From assembly GCA_030429145.1 (NCBI GenBank), contig JAUIDC010000001.1, forward strand, positions 480,001 to 512,000: a DNA stretch of 32,000 bases, given 5' to 3'. Made by a program: the position numbers and the translations under genes. Within the stretch, counting starts at the first letter, position 1; each line of letters begins with the position of its first letter. Source of the DNA: Candidatus Saccharimonadota bacterium. GTDB lineage: Bacteria; Patescibacteriota; Gracilibacteria; Absconditabacterales; Absconditicoccaceae. This document shows, one piece after another, positions 12,701 through 23,562 of this stretch. The notes beneath the pieces are model-generated. The model searched no databases and was not told the DNA's origin. It saw only the letters and a program-made list of their open reading frames with translations.

Positions 12701-15700
12701 TGGTATCTGTGGTATAGACACATTGAGATTCGTTTCTAGATCTATAGTTGGAGGAGTTGGTAGGTCTGGAACTCTTGGTAGTGGTACATTCAATGGAACG
12801 AAATTGAATTTAGGTAGGACAATGTCCATGCCAAGATTTATATTGGAGAGGTCTATATTGATGTTTGGTATCCTGAAATTTGGTATCGGTAATACAGGGA
12901 GATCAATACAGAGGAGACTCAAGGTACAAGAGTAGAAGTCGTAATTGTCTACCTTACACTTTCCACACTTTGTCTTCCAGTTTACCGAGAAGTCTATGAG
13001 CACTTGCCATGTTTTGACTGCGCTGATGAGGAGAATGATAGCATCTACATATTGCTCAAATCTTCTTGCGTTGAGTTGCAGCCAGTTTGTTATACCATAG
13101 GTGAAAGTAGATATAGTATCAGAGACTTCTGTAAGATATCTTTGTGATACACCAAGCCATTTATTGAGTTCAATTGGAAACTCTCTGTACTGTTCAAGTA
13201 CATTGATATTTTGTTTTAGTGCTCTGACTACCTGCGCAGATTTGCTACTGACGCTAATGTACTGTTGTAGTTTTTGTTCACATGCACTTCTTTCAAAAGC
13301 AGATGAGTATGCAGCACATGTGCCTTCTATACTTTGTGCTAACTGATTTCGCTCTTGTAGTGTTCTTTCATTTCTCTCTGCTCGGTCGGTGAGATAACCC
13401 TTATATTTTGTTAAGTCTTCTTGTGCGATGAAAGGAACCTGTATATTGATGTTCTTCGTATTGATGTTGATGAGTGGGACGTTTTCAAAAAGAGAAGAAA
13501 GAGCGTCGAAAGGATTTGAGACTGTATCACTATTTTGTCTCATACCTTCTCTACTAAAGAGGCTTTGTGCAACATTTTTTCTTGCCGATGGTCCTGGATC
13601 TGTCTGATTTTGGACATCCTCATAGAGCTGCCCAAGTCTGTCGAGAGAGAGGGTGTCAAATCACTCAAAAAGAGAGGATAGTTCAGGTAGATAGAGATTG
13701 ACTTGTAGGTTTGTCAGATTGTTGATGATATATCTGATCTGATTGTCCATCCACTTGTTGATGATACATTTTACGAGGCCTTTCACATTTCCGCCTTCTA
13801 TTTTAAGGTTGATAGATTGTCATCATCTGAGTGATTCGCTACCTGCAGAAAATCTCGCAGATGAGACATATGCCGGTTCTTGATCAAAATGTATAAGATT
13901 TCATGCATAGCCTCCACCTGGAGCAGAACTACTTCCCGGAGATGATGTTGCACTACCTCCTGGAGTAAGAGCGAAAGGAGAAGAAGGTCTGTTAGGATTG
14001 TTTGAAGGACGGTTACATGTTCCACCTTGTGCGAGGTTGTATTGTCGTGATGGCACGGTAAGTTGTGTGTTGGCAGGATCATTGTTGTTTTTGTCTTTGC
14101 CAAAGTTTTTCGCAAGGACGATACAGTTTCCTGCTATATGTCTAAATGGGCTTGGAATCTTTGCGCCTACAGTATAAGGGCCAAAACAGATTCCGATACC
14201 GACACCCATGGTAAGTGTTGGAGACACGTAAATTCTTATCATAGAAGGATATGCACCACCTGGTCCCCAGTAGAATCCATCGGTAGAGCCTTTGAGTCCA
14301 TATGGAAATGGTACGGTATAAGGACCAGCATAAACAGTTCCTGGGAAGAAGAAGGCAGGCAGTCCTTTGTCTACCATGAGTTTACATCCAAATATATTAT
14401 ATGTTCCTGGCGAGAGGAAAGCCATATTAAACGGCACTGGTGGTCAGCTAGTTGCTCATCATTTGCCAAGCTGAAATCACTGGCAGAGGCCCTTTATCGC
14501 AGTGTCTACTTGTAACTCTGCCTCATCAACAAAGTCCTGAAATGCTTGATTGTTGATGTCTATCGAGAGATTGCCACCTTGGATAAATGTCTGTCACTGA
14601 TTCCATTGCTCAAGTACTTCATCCATGCCTGGCATGTCTACAACTTGTGGATCATCACTGTCTGCAGCTTCTTTAATTTTTCACTGCACATCAGCAAGAA
14701 GATTCTTTACAGCATTTTCTGCTTCTTGTTGTGCTTGTGTAATATCACTTGCTAGATTGATATATGACTCTGAGAAGTTCTTGCCTCTGTCAGACATGAA
14801 TGTTCGATAGCCCTGCTGGCAGCTATCTGTAGAGTAGGTTTTTATGTCGGTGTACTCATCTTTGTTGATGTCTTCTAACTCTATGCTAATCAGCGTCGGA
14901 GCGACATAGTTGAGTGTATAAGAAAATGAAACAGTTTGTCAGGCCTGTAGGGTGATGTTGTCTACCATATACTCGTATCCATTGGATATGTTCCAGTCTA
15001 CGACTGATGCTGTCGGTAGTGTTCATCTATTTCGTGATGAGATGCTACCATCATCATTTTTCTCGATCTGTCGTGGTCCTTGTATCTGATCAAGGTAGGT
15101 GAATTGTGTAGATTGTCTCGCTGTAAGAGTAACAGTTACTTTTATCTGTTCTCCATCAGTAAGTACGCCATTTGCTGTCCTTGAGTATTCTTTTGCAATA
15201 CTGATAGGGGAATTATTGTCCAATAAATGAATTGGCATATAGGCAATGTTTTCTGTGGTGATATTGTTTTCGTATGAAGGTAGTTTACTGATTGGCGATG
15301 AAGAGTACTGGATAACTTCAGGGAGCCCACTGTTTACGATGTTTGTGACATCTAGTGTTGAGAAGTCGCTGTCTTTTCCTTTGACGAGATTTTGAAATTG
15401 TGGCTGAGATGCTAGAGCGGAGTCTGTATCATTGTTAGGATCTTCTTCAGCAGGAAGAGTCAATCATCTTCGATGAACAAGGCTGTTGTCATAAATCTTT
15501 TGTCCTGGGGTGAGTGTAACGCCGTACGATTTGATAAGTTTTTTATTTGCATCAATTCTTGTCTGTCGGTTTTCATCACAGTCGCTGATATTCTTGGAAA
15601 TATAATTGTCTCATGCTGATGAGTTTCCACCATAGAAGAGCGTAATATTTCAGAGGGTATCATTGGTAACAATATCTATGCTTCCATCATTATCCATGTC

Positions 15701-18700
15701 TCTCACAAACATCTCATGGGCGTTTTTTATGTCCTCATCACCTCATGGTATAGCAAGACATATTTGCTTTCCATCAACGTCCATTTTTCCTTCGTTATTT
15801 TTATATACTCTGAGAGTATCTTTATTTGTCTGTACGATGATATCTTCATAACTATTGCCGTCTGCATCACCAATAAAGACATTTTTTATACCATCAGCAA
15901 TGAGCATAAGCATTCATAGGTCATTGAATGGCTTGTTTTCACCTCCGTGATTTTTGAGTATTCTTACACTTCCATCAGTGTAAATTACAAGCAAATCTTT
16001 TTGTCCACTTCTGTCTAGATCGAATGGTAGTGTTTGAGAGATGCTTTTCTCCGATTCCGTGAATGTAAGTTCACCGATACCAGCATCGTAGTCTGTTGAA
16101 ACAACTTTGCTATTATTACTCTGACGTGCGATCAAAGGATCTCCGTAGGTGATGAGAAATGGAGATGCCCCGTGTTGAGTCGATTCTCATACATTGTCTC
16201 ACTGGGCAAAAGCTGTAGCTGCTTGGAAAGTATTTTTTCGATTGGTCTGTGTGTCTGCGTCACGACTTTCCTCGATACCTCCATTCCAAGAAGTTTGAGA
16301 ACTGAGAGGAGATGCATTTCTGTCGTAGACTATCCATCATGCAGGACTATTTGTCGATCATCCAAGCCAGCTCTTTTCTACTCAAGCATTGTCGCTAAGA
16401 TTAAAATAGTTTTCTTGTAGGCTCGCATGAAGACGAAGTGTTCCCACGCGTTTCCCTTGTAGTCTTACCTCCCATATCATATCGCGGTTGTTGTCATAGT
16501 TCTGTGTTGATACAATTTCAGCTGCGTTGTTATTGCTGTTAGGATTCCAGACGGTTTCTCCATTTACTACAATAGATCTGTTTTGAACAGTGTTTGAAGT
16601 AATCGAACTGTCGAGCTGTTCAGGAGTGTAGATGATAGTGTTGTTCCCTATGCTTTCATTGGTAGCTCACTGTCTTACTGCGAAACCATTAGCATTTCCT
16701 AGAGAGACATATCAATACTTATCTAGATCATAGATAAGTTGATTATCTTTTGTACTAAGTGTTACAGTATGACTGTCATATATTTGTCCGTTTTGACTGA
16801 TGCGTGCAAGAGCAGGCATGACGCGTTCGGGGTGTGTTAAGAGCGTGGTGACGGCTATAGTCTTATCTGAAGAGCGGATAGTATCCCCAGCTTCGTTGGC
16901 TTGTTCTGTGAAGTAGCCCCATTTGTTTCATCGGTCATTACCAGCAAGAAGGAGGTACATCGCATTGAGGTTTGATGACTTTCGTTGTGGCGCCAAAGTA
17001 GTGACTGTCTGAGTGTCACGTAATTGCTCATTAATATTTTTATTAGCTATCTCAGCATACAGATAATGATTGCCTCCTATTTTGCCGCTGTCGATAGTGA
17101 ACGAACCAACGCCATCTTCATCAGTGCTTACCGATGTATTTTTGTTTCCATTGATAGTTATGTCTCCGATAGCTGTGATATTAACTGTCGTCGTGCTCGA
17201 AACAGGGTTGTTTCGTCTGTCATAGACCATTGCTCTTGCAGAAAATGTTTTGTCGGCAAGCATGTTTTCAGGAGTGAGCAGTGCTACGCGATATGGCTCT
17301 GCCGACTCAATAGTTACAGGAATTGTTTGGAGGGTAAGTCATGGGACCTCTATCGTTAGAGTGTCGTCTCCTGCGCGGAAAGAAGGATATAGGAGGATAG
17401 TTGCAACACCGTTTCTTATAGAGAACGATTGTTGTTCGACAAACTCTTTTGATGTGATGTTTCTTCATGACACAGCATATGTTGTTTGTTTTGAGCTACC
17501 TGGTATGAGTAGTCCGTTTGTGCTTCTCACGATAGCAGTAGAGTCTAGAGGATTGCCATTTGTATCTGTGAGTGTTAGTACAACTCTTGGTAGAGCTGAC
17601 TCTTGGAGCTGCGCCACGTTGTTTTGTGTTGAGAAATAGTTGTCGGTATTTTCAGGGAGTGTGATATTTATGTTAGATGCTGTTTGAGAGTTGTATTTTA
17701 TTGAAAGTGTTCCGTTTGTCAGAGAGAGAGATTTAGATGCACGAGGCGCAACACTTGTAGAATTTGGGTTGATAGGTTCAAGAACGAGATCTATCGATAA
17801 TACATTTCCAGGAAGGTTTGCTGTGTCAAGATAGTATGCTTGTGTATCATTGAGTTGTTGCAATTGGATTTCCCTTTCAGCTGTTCCGTTGCTGATGATC
17901 TGTCAGGCAGAGGTGGTTAGTCTATATGTCGTTGTGGTTTGTTCTACTTTATTTCCGTAGGTGTCATAGCCTGCGACTAAGATAGGGAGCTGAGAGTTGT
18001 AGAGAATTCTCTCTGTCGGTGTGATAATCTCTGCTCTTGTCATAGCTCCTGCTACGATAGGTATAATTATCTGTTTTTCTGCACAACGAGAACCTTGACA
18101 GACTTTGACATCCAATATGCTTGAACCTACATTTGTTGAAGCGAGGCTAATAGGAATAGCGCGTGGGTTGGTAAAGAGGTTTTCTTGGAAGACATATTCG
18201 GACTGACAAAGGTTTCTGTTGTTTGCGATCGGGCAATTGTCTCCTGTTCCACTGAGGCGCACTGTAAGCGATCCCAAGTCATCTTTACTAGTGAGACTGA
18301 GGGCAACATCATCTCTATCGTCCATACTCACACTTGCTTTGTTGAGTCTCATAGTAAGCGATGCATCGAGAGAACGAATGAGTGCTTGTGCATCTTGTGA
18401 AAGATTTTCACTTCCTCCTCATATCAATGCTTTCCATTTGTCACTAAAGCGCTCTACGTTGTCTCATCGCTGTGTTGCTGTTTGCTCAAACTGATCAAGA
18501 GAAAGAACAGGTCACTGAGCATTGTTGAAATTGATTTTTACTACATCAGAAACAGTGAGCTCTTTCAAAGAGTCCATCCAACAAGAGAGGGCTTTAGGCC
18601 ACTTTAACAATGGTACTGTCGCATTTTTTTCGATACCGCATCTTTTGTTCCTTTCTGTTTCTATCATTTCCAATCATGCATTTTGTGCATCGCTACGAGT

Positions 18701-21442
18701 ATTTGCTGTTGCAGAAGCAACAATCTTTTCTTGGTTGATAGAAGAGACAATAGCAGGTGTTGTAGTATTCTCTATGATATCATTACCATCGGAATTGATA
18801 TAGACTAGTTCATATCATTTTGGTTCGTATTCAGGCGTGATAGCAGAGGAAGGGTTATCATTTTTAGTAAGATATTGTTCCACGACGTATCCAATCTTTT
18901 TGTTGATATCCAAAGAGGACTGATTGTTTTGGAGATCAGTCATCAGGTCATTTGATGCTGGTTTAGTATATCGTCAAAGGTTATGTCGGTGGAGTATTTG
19001 TGCGACCTCGTTAATGGTGTTTTCTCCAAGTACGTTGATGAAGAAGTCGCTAGGAAGAGTATTGTAAGAGCGTCATTTAGGCGATGCGAACTGATCTACA
19101 GTTGTCAGCTTGTCATAGGCAGCAGCTCTTGATGCATAATAGCTCGCTGCTTTTGTGTTTTCCTGTGAGAGTGTAAGATTGATCGCTGTCACCTTTTCTT
19201 GTAAGTATTGTTTGATAGCATCTGCAATTTCGGCAGGAGATTTAAGTGTGAGCGTATCATTGTTTTTATTGTAGACTTCGACATTGTAGATGTTTGGATA
19301 GTCAAATCTGATTGCGCTTCCTCAGATACCTTTGAAAGCAACATAACGAGTGCTGTCGATAGGTCTGTCTTGGGTAAGAGGATTCATATTTTCGATTTGC
19401 TCTGGAGTCGGAGATGTATGAGACTCTAATGTACTGATGGTTTTATAAACATAGTTGTCTCCACAAGCTTCAGGGCTTGTGTTCTGATTGTTATTTGTTA
19501 AGTGTACTCTCGAAGGAGATGATTTATATGTAGCGAAATATTCAACGCTTCCTGGTTGCTTCTGAGGGTAGCCATTGTACCGGTTTTCATTTACTTCTCC
19601 TGGAGGAACTGTCTTGCCACATACAAGCCAAGGAGCAACGCGATACTGTTGTGTTCTATGTAAGAGTGAATTGGTTAACTCTTCAAGAAAGTACATCTCT
19701 TGACTCATTTTTGTGAGAGTCATTTTAGAACCAGCAATATCAAAGACAGGTCAACCAATGCTTGTGTCAAAGCGAGGATTCCATGCCATCTTTGGATTGT
19801 TTTGTTTGAGTTGCATAGTATCTCCATCGATATTGAGAGGACTTATACCTCCCCAATATTTAGTTACAAAGTCATCTATCTCTTGGCTTGCTCTACACTT
19901 TCTATCTTCATAAAATTTTTGATCACTTGGTACAAGCATCGTATTGTAACCTCTAGAACTTTCTACCTGCCTAGAAGAGATACCATAAGAAGCTCCTATA
20001 GATCTGGCTGTATAATCAACATCGATATCATCTTGGTCTCCTTCGGTTGTATAATCATATGTTGTCAAGTTCTGTCGACTTCAAATATTCTTCCATGTGC
20101 CTGGATAGATAGATATATCCTGTGTTGAAGAAACATCGTAAGCGCTTCTTCCAAAATAGAAATTTTCAAATCTCTCTTCCACGAACTTCGGTAACAATGG
20201 AGGCGGTGCACCACATCTGACTTTTTCATATACAAGAGGAATAGGGATGTGCAGATCGTAGTTTTCTGTATCTAACTTATTGTAAAGTGCATCTTCAAGT
20301 AACGAGTTTGCATCTAGTAGAACCACGCTTGTAATATTGTCTTTGAGAACAGTCTTTTTGATGTGGCTATCAACGTCCGTATCAGACCATCTTCCACCAG
20401 CTTTGACATTTTCAGATATACTTGTAAGAAACTCGGGTGTGAAGAGACTCGTATAAGGGTGTACCAGTCCTCAAAGTGACTGTCCGATCATTAGTGTCGG
20501 GATCCTGTCGCTGTCACCTCCGACTTCATTGAGGTCTGCGTCAGCTTCTTGAGCCATCCTATTGAGATTGTTCTTTCGGCTACTGATAGTAGAGTTATAC
20601 TGTTCTCCGATCTCTCCAAGTTCGCTATAATCATCATCTGTAGGTAAACTGTTGTTTGCTGTATAGTTGCTGACCAGAGACACAGCGCTTTCATTCGCTC
20701 CATCTTTAAAGTAGTCTACTATGAGGTTAGTAAACCTATGATAGGTCATGTCTTCATGAAAGAGGAAGCTATTGGTATATCACGATAAGAACTGATCAGA
20801 AAAATATTTCTTGAGTCCAATAAAGTCGTCGTATCGTATTTTATTGCTTGCATAAGCTGCTGGATTTTGATCGTAGTTCCTTAGTTTTTGAAAGAACTCC
20901 GCATATTCAGCCGTGTCATCAAACTGTATCATACTTTGTCGGATGTCTGCTTTTTGATCTCCGTTTTCGTGTGGGACAAAGTAGGTAGAGCTTGGGTCAA
21001 ACACATATGTGGGTTTTTCGAGGTCGGTATATGGGTATATACTTGGATAGACGTAGTTATTTTCTTTGATAACAGGAAGCGGAAGGTCTCCTATGAGGAT
21101 AGTTCCTATCAGTGCTGACTTCTTTTCTTTGATGCCTTCCTGATAGAGATTTTCCAGCATCTTCCATATGTCTGTAGATTGGAAATTATCTTTGTTGATA
21201 GGCATAAGTAGGGCTTTGGTCATCGAACTGCGCTTTTGTAGGTGGTTTTGCGCATACCAGTCGATGTCGCTACGATATTGTTGATAGATGTTTCTATCTA
21301 CAAAGACAGCTATGATAGATTCTGCTGATTCGTCTGCTGCCTGAGCTGTATTACTAAAGCCAAAAATCCACTGTGTGAACGAGTGGGAGAAAAAATATAT
21401 ACCTATCAATATACCTATACTTACTTTGGTTTTTACCGACAT
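9746..21442 (-). CDS. Giant 3,898-aa secreted surface or adhesin-like protein with bacterial Ig-like and FG-GAP-type repeats; translated with UGA=Gly
   Basis: At least 17 track ORFs from 20780..21517 down to 10238..10615 lie in one frame (end coordinate mod 3 = 1). I read every inter-ORF gap codon by codon and found 51 in-frame TGA, no TAA/TAG and no frameshift. The preferred start is MSVKTKVSIGILIGIYFFSHSFTQWIFGFSNTAQA (ATG 21440-21442), which reads as a signal peptide. The stop is TAA at 9746-9748. Confidence 0.85.
12593..12907 (-). repeat. Periodic Pro/Ile/Leu/Asn-rich segment inside the giant protein
   Basis: About 105 aa read IDLPVLPIPNFRIPNINIDLSNINLGMDIVLPKFNFVPLNVPLPRVPDLPTPPTIDLETNLNVSIPQIPVLPMPPTLPELPSFIPNIELNLPTLPPAPRIPKIAP. 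It is preceded by a Cys knot, KCGKCKVDNYDFYSCTLSLLC. Confidence 0.6.
15464..16135 (-). other. FG-GAP/VCBS-like Asp-rich repeat region inside the giant protein
   Basis: Repeats of the DxDxDG type: DLDRSGQKDLLVIYTDGSVRILKN, GDADGNSYEDIIVQTNKDTLRVYKN and DMDNDGSIDIVTNDTL. One more copy lies near 11400 (NDLNGDAKEDIILWD). Confidence 0.55.
16928..18352 (-). other. Bacterial Ig-like (invasin/Big-type) repeat region inside the giant protein
   Basis: Segments typical of Big domains: VAGYDTYGNKVEQTTTTYRLTTS, LTLTDTNGNPLDSTAIVRSTNGLLIPGS and MVYDRRNNPVSSTTTVNITAIGDITINGNKNTSVSTDEDGVGSFTIDSGKIGGNHYLYAEI. A further Ig-like unit lies at about 10238-10615 (ISATDNQGNVASSNINISW). Confidence 0.6.
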
Positions 21443-21550
21443 GAACCAGAGTACTATACAAAGAACCTTACAATGCCTCTTTTCTATGTATATACAGCAT
21501 AATTGCAAGCGTTCCACCTACCAATCCTGCATAAATAATATGTAGTATAT

Positions 21551-21585
21551 AAAAAAGTCCCTTCTGTGAGAGAAAGGACTTTTTG
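21551..21585 (-). terminator. Rho-independent terminator after the fibre-protein pair (symmetric A-run/T-run, could act in both directions)
   Basis: The sequence aaaaaAGTCCCTTCTgtgagAGAAAGGACTtttt has a 10-bp stem with one mismatch and a 5-nt loop, flanked by an A-run and a T-run. It lies 34 nt downstream of the TAATAA stop at 21616-21621. Confidence 0.6.
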
Positions 21586-21618
21586 TTATATGAAAGCACA
21601 CATTTTACTTAGCTTTTA

Positions 21619-23511
21619 TTACTCGTTTTCGAGAGCAGTGACTCTTGCTTCTAGTGCATCAATGGCTGTGGCATTTGTCACATACTGATTGTAGAGATCG
21701 GTAACCGTTGGGTTTTCTCCACCTCATTCTGATCCACCGTATGTTGTATTAAGATCTGTTGCTCTTTGATCTAGCTCTTTGATGGCTTGGATAACAAGAC
21801 CTATCAAGTTTGCATACTCAACAGACTTGTAACCATCTTCATCTGTATGAACGATCTCTGGGAATACGTTTTCAACCTCTTGTGCAAGAAGACCAATGTC
21901 AGCTCTTCCGCTTGTTTTCCATGTAAATGTATATCCTGTAAGACTATCAATCTTGCTGATAGCACCAGTAATAGGCGTTATACTTTCCTTGAGTGTTTCA
22001 TCTGAAACGATGTATGTAGTATTTGCAATGATATCTCCACCTACATGTAATTTTACCTGAGGATTTGCAACACCGATACCGACAGAACCTCCGTTGTAGT
22101 AGATGGCTCCATTTGAACCTGACATCCACATGCTATTAAGAAGGTTTGAGATAGATGGTACGAGTACCACATTACCAAGACCGTCTACACCAAGATTTCT
22201 AATACCATAACCTGCATATGAAGAGAAACGTACGTTACCGACAACTTCAAGAGCAGCAGCAGGGAAGAGAGTGTTGATACCTACACGAGCGGCAGCAGCG
22301 ATGAATGAAGAAGCTGCGTTACTTACCTGTACGCTACCAGTATTGAGACCTACATTGTAGTAGAATCTTACTGGTTGACGTGTAGCAGGAGGGTTGCTAC
22401 TTACAGGGTAGTTAGAGTCGTTTTGTCCATCAGCAACATCGACACAGTAGGCTGCACTATGATTTGAAACGATACTGCTACCACAGTCATTAGTTGACGC
22501 TGATGTATCACAGTCACATCTTGGGAAATTTGACCAGAATGTATACTGGTATGGTTGTAATTCTGTATAGACATCTACGCTAGTACCAAGATTGTCAACT
22601 CATCGAGCAGGATATGCATATGGCAAGAATGCAGAGCTCAGATGGATAACTCCCATCCACAATGCAGCACTTGAAACATGGAAACCTTCTGCACCTGTGA
22701 GCACGAAAGAGTATCCACCGCCGCCTGTCGTTGGTAGCATCACACTACCACTCATGTCTACTCTCAGAGCGCTATCTACATGAAGCTTTGCCATAGGAGT
22801 ATCTGTTCCGACACCGACGTTACCATTGCTATCATGAAACCATGTTCAGTAGAAAATATCATTGGTCCCTGAAATTGCATGCCATAGAGACGATCCTCCT
22901 GGGTTTTGCAATCATCCTGAACTGTAATTACATATAATGGTTCCGGTAGATGACCACCCTTGGACATATCAGGTTGAGCCGCAGTCTCCTGTTCCAATAA
23001 TTGGAGCACATTGTGCTGCACCGTTTGAGATACCTATCATGGTCTCTCCAGCTCCACAAGTGAGCGTTACTGTACCAGTAGCACCTCCACCTGTTGAGAA
23101 ATTGATACCAGTAAGGTGCCCTGTGGTGATCGTTCCAGTGGCGATATGGATTCCTGAGATGGTATATGGCTGGATGTTGCTGCCATTGATAAGATCTCTC
23201 ACGATATACCCATCTGCATCTGTTTTGAGTACACCTCCAGTTGGACCTCCCAACGCTGCTGGATCTACCCAGATACCTGTAGAACTGAGTATCACCTTAT
23301 TGTCTCCTTGTGGAGAACCATCAGTGGTGATGCGGAGCTCTTTAATGGTTTGTATCACATTGTCGATAGACGACTGTATCTGTAGATCAGCATGTGTGAT
23401 CGATCATCGTAGACCAGTCAAACCAACCAGTGCAAGTACAACCATGACTCCCTTCATGAAAGGATGACGTGGAAGATGATTTCCTAAATCAAATGTGTGC
23501 TTTTTTGGCAT
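21619..23511 (-). CDS. 630-aa fibre-like surface protein with a C-terminal peptidase S74 (endosialidase-type intramolecular chaperone) domain
   Basis: Track ORFs 22969..23358, 22600..22794 and 21724..22170 share one frame. The gaps have TGA only (23404, 22969, 22912, 22846, 22600, 21724). N-terminus: MPKKHTFDLGNHLPRHPFMKGVMVVLALVGLTGLR[TGA]SITHA. Repeated GNVGVGTDTPMAKLHV-type motifs. S74 signature: YIVSDETLKESITPI...IGLLAQEVENVFPEIV...VEYANLIGLVIQAIKEL. The stop is a double TAA at 21616-21621. An alternative start is the internal MKGVM. Confidence 0.8.
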
Positions 23512-23562
23512 TTTGAGATCAATAATGATTAAAGAATTTTTATGTTAGTATGATGATTGATA

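Noticed and set aside
21443-21517. An upstream extension of the giant gene (MERLQLCCIYIEKRHCKVLCIVLWF).
   Set aside because: The internal Met at 21442 gives a canonical signal peptide (MSVKTKVSIGILIGIYFF...NTAQA). The extension is Cys-rich and lies in the probable promoter region after the terminator at 21551-21585.
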